DNA of 64,000 bases, taken from Candidatus Aminicenantes bacterium. GTDB lineage: Bacteria; Acidobacteriota; Aminicenantia; UBA2199. The translations under genes were made by a program, and so were the position numbers. This document shows, piece by piece, positions 57,241 to 64,000 of this stretch. The stretch is from NCBI GenBank assembly GCA_016934745.1, contig JAFGSF010000005.1:39829-103828 (forward strand). Direction: 5' to 3'. Under the pieces are notes generated by a model that saw only the letters and a list, made by a program, of their open reading frames with translations, made no database searches and was not told the origin of the DNA. Numbering within the stretch: the first letter of the stretch is position 1; the number at the start of each line of letters is the position of its first letter.

Positions 57241-59118
57241 TCAGTTGTTCAGGTAGCCCAAGGCTTTGAGTTTTTCCAACAATTCGGGTTCTAGACGGCC
57301 ATGGTTCTTTTTCAACGCCCGGAGCCGGCGCAGATAAACAGCCAGCTTTTTTTTGTAGATAGCATGCAAAGCCGGCGACGGCGAAAACGGTTCAACGGCC
57401 GCAATTGGCGAATCGGCCAGGCTGAACCATTCGTCGCGGCTCACTGCCGGCTGCGACGTCATCTTGGTCCCGGTGGTCGTTGGCGGCAAAAAATTGTGGA
57501 TATACTGATGGTCATTGCCGACAAATGAAAGCTTGCGATGCACTCCCTTGCGCAGTGGAATTACAGGCAGTGACAATTCCAAAATTCGCTCCCGGGAGTT
57601 GAGAGCCGGACTACTGGCGCTGACGGCGTCAGCAAGCAAACCGTATTCATCCTGGATAAATCCGGCAATATCGCTGATGGAAACCAGCTGGTTCCGTGTT
57701 TCCCCGACTTTCTGCCGTGGCATTTTGATGATTAACGGGATGCGGGTAAGCTCCTGATAAAGGGTGTGGCCATGCTCCCAATCACCGTGGTCATAAAATT
57801 CTTCGCCATGGTCGGCCAGGACGATTAGCAGCGCATCGTCAAAGCGCCCGCTGCGGCGCAAAAAATCCAGGACGGGTTTAAGTAAAACCTGGTCGCTATA
57901 GAGAATGGACGCATCGTAAAGGTCGATGATTTTCTGCCGGTCCGCCAGGACTTCCGGTGGCAAGGGCCGGGTTGGATCCCGCGCTAAGCGCAGGTTACTG
58001 CCGACATGCTTGATCTTGATGTCCAATTCCGGGTTGAATGCCCGAAAATACGGGTCGGGAGCTTTATAGGGTGCATGCATTTGATAGGTGTGCAAAAATA
58101 CAAAAAGGTCCTGGCCGGCAAAATCAGCCACTTTCTCCATAAAGGCACGATACAGTAATACAGAGGCTTTTTGTTGAAAAATGTCATCGGGCCGGTTGGC
58201 GTAACTTTGAAAACCGCGATAAAACCCAAAATGGTCATCGACAAAACCGCCTCCGGTCAGGGCCAGGGTAATAAATCCGTCGGCCTGCATTTTTTCAGCC
58301 AACAGCGGCAGGTCGGCCGGAATAAGGGATTCCGGAAAAATGACACCATGTTCCAGGACATCGCGGCCGCTGAACAGCGACACATGAGCCGGCAGGGTCC
58401 ATGAAGAGGTGGAAAAAGCCCGGTTGAAAAGCAGGCTGCCCATTGCCAGTTCATCAAGAGCCGGAGTGGTCCGCCGTGGATAGCCGTAAGCCGAAACATG
58501 ATCGGCACGCATGGTATCCAACATGAGAATCAGGACGGTTCTGGGTCGCAAACCTTTGTGTAGCAGGCAGGGATCAACCCAGGCTCCCAGGCCGTGCCCC
58601 CGGGTCTCCAAGATAAGGTGCATGGTTTGTTTTGCGGCTTTCGTCAGGGTCACTTTCTCAACTTTACCCATTTGTTCTCGGATATCGCTACTGAACAGCA
58701 GTTTCTCTTTTGCCGCTGTGACAGCTTTAACTCTGAATGTAAGGGCCCCAGTTTGAAGAGCAAACATGGAAAAAGACAATTGGTCGCCCTGGTCTGCTTC
58801 GATATCGAATTCGATCCGGCTCCCGGCCGGAGCCAGCAGGGCTTGGTGGCTGGTGTCCCGGTACTTGACCCGGCAATGCACCGCCTGTGGTTGGAAATAT
58901 CGGTTGAGCCGCTCACGAAAAAAGATAGCCGAAAGCTCCCTTTGATCGGCAATGGTTTTCCAGGTGCGCTCGATCAAGGTCTCATCAAAATGCGCTGGCA
59001 TGGAAAGCAGTGAAGGAACGTGCGTGACGTCGTTTCGTCTGAAATTGAAAAAGAGCAGTGCTATGACCACGATGATGGTTAATCCAATAAAGAACAGCAG
59101 CATTTTCTTCCGAGTCAT
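57241..59118 (-). CDS. Membrane-anchored sulfatase-like hydrolase/transferase (alkaline phosphatase superfamily)
   Basis: N-terminal TM; 'VLILMLDTMRADHVSAYGY' metal/nucleophile block. Confidence 0.65.
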   Translation of the reverse strand: MTRKKMLLFFIGLTIIVVIALLFFNFRRNDVTHVPSLLSMPAHFDETLIERTWKTIADQRELSAIFFRERLNRYFQPQAVHCRVKYRDTSHQALLAPAGSRIEFDIEADQGDQLSFSMFALQTGALTFRVKAVTAAKEKLLFSSDIREQMGKVEKVTLTKAAKQTMHLILETRGHGLGAWVDPCLLHKGLRPRTVLILMLDTMRADHVSAYGYPRRTTPALDELAMGSLLFNRAFSTSSWTLPAHVSLFSGRDVLEHGVIFPESLIPADLPLLAEKMQADGFITLALTGGGFVDDHFGFYRGFQSYANRPDDIFQQKASVLLYRAFMEKVADFAGQDLFVFLHTYQMHAPYKAPDPYFRAFNPELDIKIKHVGSNLRLARDPTRPLPPEVLADRQKIIDLYDASILYSDQVLLKPVLDFLRRSGRFDDALLIVLADHGEEFYDHGDWEHGHTLYQELTRIPLIIKMPRQKVGETRNQLVSISDIAGFIQDEYGLLADAVSASSPALNSRERILELSLPVIPLRKGVHRKLSFVGNDHQYIHNFLPPTTTGTKMTSQPAVSRDEWFSLADSPIAAVEPFSPSPALHAIYKKKLAVYLRRLRALKKNHGRLEPELLEKLKALGYLNN

Positions 59119-59182
59119 TGGTTTTATTATAGCACAAGTGCTGCCCTGGGAACTGTTTCATTGACGATGTAAGGCAATCATG

Positions 59183-59211
59183 TTGACTTTTTGGCTAAAA
59201 TCAGGTAAAAA
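59183..59211 (+). promoter_or_regulatory. Candidate hppA promoter TTGACT-17-TAAAAAT
   Basis: Hexamers in the divergent region; SD AGGAG before ATG 59258. Confidence 0.4.
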
Positions 59212-59257
59212 TTCATTTCTACCAAATCAAATCGATTTTTTTCCTGAAGGAGTCAAA

Positions 59258-61492
59258 ATGAATTCGATGAATTTGTTCATCCTGGCACCACTGGGTTCTG
59301 TCCTGGCCCTGACTTTCGCATACTATTTCTATCGTTTTCTGAAAAAACAGGACGCGGGCAGCGCCGACATGCAACGTATTGCCGGTTACGTGCAGAAGGG
59401 GGCCATGGTCTACCTGAAACGTCAGTACCGGGTGGTGGCTTTTGTATTTCTTCTCGTGTTCATCCTGTTCGCTTTCATGGCCTATGTGCTGCATACACAG
59501 AATCCGTGGGTTCCTTTCGCTTTTATCACCGGAGGTTTTTTTTCAGGCCTGGCCGGTTTCCTGGGAATGCGCACGGCGACCTTCGCTTCCAACCGCACTA
59601 CAGCCGGAGCCATGCTTTCACTGAACAAGGGGCTGCAGATCGCCTTCCGTTCCGGTGCCGTCATGGGTTTGGTGGTGGTCGGGCTGGCCTTGCTGGACAT
59701 CTCGCTGTGGTTTATCATCCTGAACTATTTTATCCCTGAGGGGGTAAGCAAACTATCGATTATCACCACCACCATGCTGACTTTCGGCATGGGCGCATCG
59801 ACCCAAGCCTTGTTCGCCCGAGTCGGCGGCGGCATCTTCACCAAATCAGCCGACGTAGGAGCCGACCTGGTCGGTAAAGTCGAAGCCGGCATCCCAGAAG
59901 ACGATCCGCGCAACCCGGCCACCATCGCCGATAATGTCGGCGACAACGTCGGTGACGTAGCCGGTATGGGCGCCGACCTGTATGAATCCTATGCCGGCTC
60001 CATTCTGTCCACAGCCGTCCTTGGTGCGGCCGCCGGTTACGGGCTGGGCGGCGTGTTGGCGCCGATGGTCATCGCCGGGATTGGAGTGATATTCTCCATC
60101 CTGGGAGTCTTTCTCGTACGCTCGGGGGAAAAGGCTTCACAGAAAGTCTTGCTGAAAGCCCTGGCCCGCGGCATCAATGCCAGCACCCTGTTGACTTTAA
60201 TCGCCTCGTTCTTCATCCTGGTGCTGTTCAAGGAATCGTTCCAGGGACGACACGTGAATATTTTCCTGGCAGTCATCACCGGACTGATCGCCGGCTGGGT
60301 GATCGGCAAGATCACCGAGTATTATACATCGCAGGATTACAGACCGACCCAGTATGTGGCTGAGCAATCGCAGACCGGACCGGCCACAGTCATCATTGCC
60401 GGTATTTCCAGCGGCATGCAGTCGACCGGACTGCCGGTATTAGTCATCGCCCTGGCCATCATCATCAGCTACGCCCTCGGGGGCGGTTTCAGCGGTGACG
60501 CCAATGCCATCAATCTTGGCCTCTACGGCATCAGCTTCGCCTCGGTGGGCATGCTCTCCACCCTGGGGATTACCTTGGCTACCGATGCTTACGGTCCGAT
60601 CGCCGACAATGCCGGCGGCAACGCCGAAATGACTGGACAGGACCCCGAAGTGCGCCGTCGCACCGACGCCCTCGACGCGCTGGGCAACACCACCGCCGCC
60701 ACCGGCAAGGGTTTCGCCATCGGCTCGGCGGCCCTGACCGCCATGGCCCTGCTGGCCGCCTATATCGAAGAGATCAAAGTCGGCTTCCTGCATATGGGAC
60801 AGAAGGTCATCACCATCAGCGGCGTGGACAAGGCCATCCAGGACACTCATATCGGCGACTGGATCAGCTACTACAACCTGACCATTTTCAATCCCAAGGT
60901 TCTGGCCGGGCTTTTCATCGGTGCCATGATGGTTTTCGTTTTCTGCTCTATGACCATGAAATCGGTCGGACGCGCCGCCGGAAAAATGGTCGAGGAAGTA
61001 CGGCGCCAATTTCGTGAAATATCCGGCATCATGGAGGGCAAGTCTGAACCCGATTACGGCCGTTGCGTCGAGATCAGCACCCGCGCCGCCCAACACGAAA
61101 TGATCGTACCTTCGCTGACCGCCATCGCCGTGCCGGTGGCCATGGGCCTGGTGTTCGGTGTGGCCGGCGTGATTGGCTTGTTAGCGGGCGGCCTGACCAC
61201 CGGTTTCGTCGTTGCCGTTTTTCTGAACAATGCCGGCGGCACCTGGGACAACGCCAAGAAATATATTGAAGAGGGTAATCTGGGCGGCAAAAAGTTGCCC
61301 GACGGCAGTAAAAACCCCAACCACGGCGCCGCAGTCATTGGCGATACCGTAGGCGACCCTTTCAAGGATACGTCAGGACCTTCCCTTAATATCCTGATCA
61401 AGTTGATGTCCATGGTCTCGGTGGTCTTTGCCGGCCTGATCGTCAAGTATGGCGACTTGCTGCAGCGTGTGATCGCCGCCTGGCAGCACTGA
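59258..61492 (+). CDS. hppA: Membrane-bound ion-translocating pyrophosphatase
   Basis: 'GDNVGDNVGDVAGMGADL' and 'GNTTAATGKGFAIGS' motifs; about 16 TM; start set at the ATG after AGGAG. Confidence 0.9.
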   Translation: MNSMNLFILAPLGSVLALTFAYYFYRFLKKQDAGSADMQRIAGYVQKGAMVYLKRQYRVVAFVFLLVFILFAFMAYVLHTQNPWVPFAFITGGFFSGLAGFLGMRTATFASNRTTAGAMLSLNKGLQIAFRSGAVMGLVVVGLALLDISLWFIILNYFIPEGVSKLSIITTTMLTFGMGASTQALFARVGGGIFTKSADVGADLVGKVEAGIPEDDPRNPATIADNVGDNVGDVAGMGADLYESYAGSILSTAVLGAAAGYGLGGVLAPMVIAGIGVIFSILGVFLVRSGEKASQKVLLKALARGINASTLLTLIASFFILVLFKESFQGRHVNIFLAVITGLIAGWVIGKITEYYTSQDYRPTQYVAEQSQTGPATVIIAGISSGMQSTGLPVLVIALAIIISYALGGGFSGDANAINLGLYGISFASVGMLSTLGITLATDAYGPIADNAGGNAEMTGQDPEVRRRTDALDALGNTTAATGKGFAIGSAALTAMALLAAYIEEIKVGFLHMGQKVITISGVDKAIQDTHIGDWISYYNLTIFNPKVLAGLFIGAMMVFVFCSMTMKSVGRAAGKMVEEVRRQFREISGIMEGKSEPDYGRCVEISTRAAQHEMIVPSLTAIAVPVAMGLVFGVAGVIGLLAGGLTTGFVVAVFLNNAGGTWDNAKKYIEEGNLGGKKLPDGSKNPNHGAAVIGDTVGDPFKDTSGPSLNILIKLMSMVSVVFAGLIVKYGDLLQRVIAAWQH

Positions 61493-61502
61493 TCTATTCC
61501 GT

Positions 61503-62183
61503 TTAAAGTAAATTCTCCCAGCTGCCCCGCCTTGTGGTACAGGCCATCCCCCTGCGCAGCCATTCCAGGTATTCACAGCGCGCGATGGAACGGGCGCCCC
61601 ATTCGGCCAGATGGGGCGAATGAATCTGGCAGTCGAGCAAAATGAATCCATGCTGCTGCAAAATTCGGGTCAAAGTAAAAAAAACCACCTTGGAAGCATT
61701 GGCCTCGGAATGAAACATCGATTCGGCAAAGAAACATCGTCCCAAAGAAATTCCATATAGACCACCGGCGAGTTTGCCGCCATGCCAAGCCTCCATAGAG
61801 TGGGCATAACCGAGCTGAAATAATCGCTGATACGCCTGACGCATCTCATCCGTGATCCAGGTTCCATCCTGATCCGGGCGCGGCCGTGCACAGCCGGCGA
61901 TGACTTCGGCAAAAGCATGATCAAAGGTCAGTCGAAAAATGTTTTTTTTTAGGATTTTTTTCAGGCTGCGCGGCACATGAATTTCATCTGGAAAAAGGAC
62001 AAAGCGCGGTTCCGGCGACCACCACAGGATCGGTTCCCCGTTCGAGAACCAGGGAAAGATGCCGCGGCCATAGGCGCGCAGCAACCGTCGCGGCGACAAA
62101 TCCCCGCCCACGGCCAGCAGGCCTTCGGGCCCGGCCCAGTCGGCCGGCGGAAAATCGGCTGCGTCCAGCATGAACAGCGGCAT
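61503..62183 (-). CDS. aat: Leucyl/phenylalanyl-tRNA--protein transferase
   Basis: 'LLRAYGRGIFPW...PILWWSPEPR' typical of Aat. Confidence 0.85.
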   Translation of the reverse strand: MPLFMLDAADFPPADWAGPEGLLAVGGDLSPRRLLRAYGRGIFPWFSNGEPILWWSPEPRFVLFPDEIHVPRSLKKILKKNIFRLTFDHAFAEVIAGCARPRPDQDGTWITDEMRQAYQRLFQLGYAHSMEAWHGGKLAGGLYGISLGRCFFAESMFHSEANASKVVFFTLTRILQQHGFILLDCQIHSPHLAEWGARSIARCEYLEWLRRGMACTTRRGSWENLL

Positions 62184-62317
62184 CGTGATAGTGACTCCTA
62201 TTTAAACCTATGTCGGCATTTTATCAGATCGGAAAGTTTCTGGCACTCGTGGATGATTGACAATGAGTTCCTTTCCGTATATAAAATTAAATGCCATGCC
62301 ATAGGAGGATCTCAATC

Positions 62318-64000
62318 ATGAAACAAAAATCATTGTGCAGAATGTTCATGCTGCTTGCCCTGGGACTGTTGATGCTGCAACCGCTCACAGCTCAGAAAGG
62401 ACAAACGGAGAATCCATTCTTCCAAGCGCGCACAACCCCATTCAAAGTGCCGCCATTCGACAAGATAACCAAAGAGCATTACCTGCCCGCCTTTAAAGAG
62501 GGCATGCGCCGCGAACAGGCCGAAATCAACGCCATCGCCGCCAGGAAGCAGGCGCCGAACTTTGCCAACACCATCGCCGCCATGGACCACAGCGGCATAT
62601 TCCTCAGTGATGTCAGATCCGTTTTTTATTCGCTCTTGAGCGCCGAAAGCAACCCGGAACTGCAAGCCATCGCCCGCGACCTGTCGCCGCTGCTGTCGGC
62701 CCACAACGACAATATCAACCTCAATGAAAAACTCTTTGCCCGGGTTCGAGCCGTATACGACCAGAAGCAGAAGCTGACGCTGACCCCCGAGGAAAGTTTC
62801 CTGCTGGAAAATACTTATAAAGGCTTCATTCGCAGCGGCGCCCTGCTGGACGCTGCCGGAAAATCGCGCCTGCGCCGGTTGAACAGCGAACTTTCCCTGC
62901 TCGGCTTGAAGTTTGGCGAAAACCTGCTGGCCGAGACCAACTCCTCGCGCATCGTCATTGATTCTGCCGATGATCTGGCCGGCTTACCTGAATCGGTGCG
63001 CGCCATGGGTGCCGAAACCGCCCAGGCGCTCAAGATGGAAGGCAAGTGGGTTTACACGGTCCAGGTCCCATCCATGACCCCCTTTCTGCAGTATTCAACC
63101 CGCCGCGACCTGCGCGAGCAGCTTCACCGCGCCTATTTCATGCGCGGCGACCGCGACAACGCCAATGACAACAAGGAGGTCGTCAAGAAAATAGTCACCC
63201 TGCGCGCGGAGCGAGCCAAGCTCCTCGGCTACGCGACCTATGCCGATTTCGTCCTTGCCGAACGCATGGCCAAGGACCCGGAGACGGTCATGTCTTTTTT
63301 ACAAAAATTATGGACCCCGGCACTGGAACGGGCTCAAAATGAAGCCAGTGAAATGCAGGCGATCATCGACCGCGAGCAGGGCGGCTTTAAACTGGCCTCA
63401 TGGGACTGGTGGCACTATGCCGAAAAATTACGCCAGGAAAAATATGCTTTCGACGACTCGCTCTTGCGTCCCTATTTCTCACTCGAAAACGTGAAAAAGG
63501 GAATATTCATCCTTTGTCAAAAACTTTACGGCTTGCGCTTCGAGAAATTGGAAGGCCTGCCGGTCTATCACCCGGAGGTCCAGGTATACGAGGTAAAGGA
63601 ATCAGACGGCTCCCAAGTTGGTCTGCTCTATATGGACTTTCACCCCCGACCAGGCAAACGCGGCGGCGCTTGGTCCGGAGGTTTCCGTCGCACCTACTCC
63701 GATAAGGGCAAGCGCGTGGCGCCGATCTCCACCCTGGTCTGCAACTTTACCCGCCCTGCCGCCGGCGCCCCCTCGCTGCTGAGCATCAACGAAGTCAGCA
63801 CCTTCTTCCATGAATTCGGACATTCGCTGCATACGCTGTTTTCCACTGGAGTTTACCGCAGCCGCAATGTGCCCCGCGACGCAGTGGAATTGCCTTCACA
63901 GATCATGGAAAACTGGGCGCTTGAACCCGAATTGCTCAATCTGTACGCTCACCATTATCAAAGCAAAGAATTGATCCCAACGGCGCTGATTGAAAAACTG
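62318..64000 (+). CDS. dcp: M3-family zinc metallopeptidase (peptidyl-dipeptidase Dcp / oligopeptidase A-like), 3'-partial; exported
   Basis: Signal peptide 'MFMLLALGLLMLQPLTAQ'; 'FFHEFGHSLH' HEXXH near the window end; SD AGGAGG. The ORF runs off the window, so it is not in the supplied table. Confidence 0.75.
   Translation, partial: MKQKSLCRMFMLLALGLLMLQPLTAQKGQTENPFFQARTTPFKVPPFDKITKEHYLPAFKEGMRREQAEINAIAARKQAPNFANTIAAMDHSGIFLSDVRSVFYSLLSAESNPELQAIARDLSPLLSAHNDNINLNEKLFARVRAVYDQKQKLTLTPEESFLLENTYKGFIRSGALLDAAGKSRLRRLNSELSLLGLKFGENLLAETNSSRIVIDSADDLAGLPESVRAMGAETAQALKMEGKWVYTVQVPSMTPFLQYSTRRDLREQLHRAYFMRGDRDNANDNKEVVKKIVTLRAERAKLLGYATYADFVLAERMAKDPETVMSFLQKLWTPALERAQNEASEMQAIIDREQGGFKLASWDWWHYAEKLRQEKYAFDDSLLRPYFSLENVKKGIFILCQKLYGLRFEKLEGLPVYHPEVQVYEVKESDGSQVGLLYMDFHPRPGKRGGAWSGGFRRTYSDKGKRVAPISTLVCNFTRPAAGAPSLLSINEVSTFFHEFGHSLHTLFSTGVYRSRNVPRDAVELPSQIMENWALEPELLNLYAHHYQSKELIPTALIEKL

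Overview
This is a 64-kb bacterial chromosomal window, probably from a Gram-negative (diderm) organism, because it carries lptD, an LPS heptosyltransferase, an MsbA-like exporter and beta-barrel outer-membrane proteins. Nearly all of it is protein-coding, with about 52 CDS. I found no rRNA, tRNA, CRISPR array, transposase or integrase. GC content is heterogeneous: most of the window runs around 50-58% GC, but a 1.4-kb block of three genes sits at about 37% GC.

Gene content, in order along the window:
1. A cell-envelope glycosylation cluster (60-10161). It holds an SGNH hydrolase, two GT-C-type glycosyltransferases related to PMT/ArnT, two divergent GT2 polyprenol-phosphate-sugar-synthase paralogs (one fused to a SAM methyltransferase), and a fused polytopic-membrane/spermidine-synthase-like protein. 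This is the best candidate for a poorly described system.
2. The eukaryote-type saccharopine pathway for lysine catabolism, encoded as two separate genes: lysine-ketoglutarate reductase (LKR) and saccharopine dehydrogenase (SDH).
3. yraN and galT.
4. An OmpR/histidine-kinase two-component pair with a secreted unknown protein downstream.
5. A GlpX-like class II FBPase homolog with a roughly 250-aa C-terminal extension.
6. A GH5-like hydrolase.
7. serC.
8. The low-GC island (2-hydroxyacid-dehydrogenase N-domain fragment, orphan pterin-binding protein, DUF465).
9. pssA.
10. An MsbA-like ABC exporter.
11. A tightly packed yicC-gmk-coaC-coaB-udg-priA block. Within it coaBC is split, and PriA has lost both Walker A and the DExH box.
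12. An ABC-2 transporter.
13. A PPi-dependent phosphofructokinase carrying the GGDD and PKTIDND signatures.
14. An outer-membrane protein, an M20 peptidase and a thioesterase.
15. An LPS locus: heptosyltransferase, epimerase and lptD.
16. A PEGA lipoprotein and a B12-binding radical SAM protein.
17. A partial ATP synthase operon (b', b, delta, alpha, gamma, beta, epsilon; no a or c subunit).
18. dedA, a 1055-aa propeller-domain sensor kinase, a YprB-like RNase-H-fold exonuclease, a sulfatase-like protein, the membrane pyrophosphatase hppA, aat, and a partial M3 peptidase (Dcp-like).

Several genes appear to be transcribed as leaderless mRNAs from extended -10 promoters placed exactly 7 nt upstream of the ATG.
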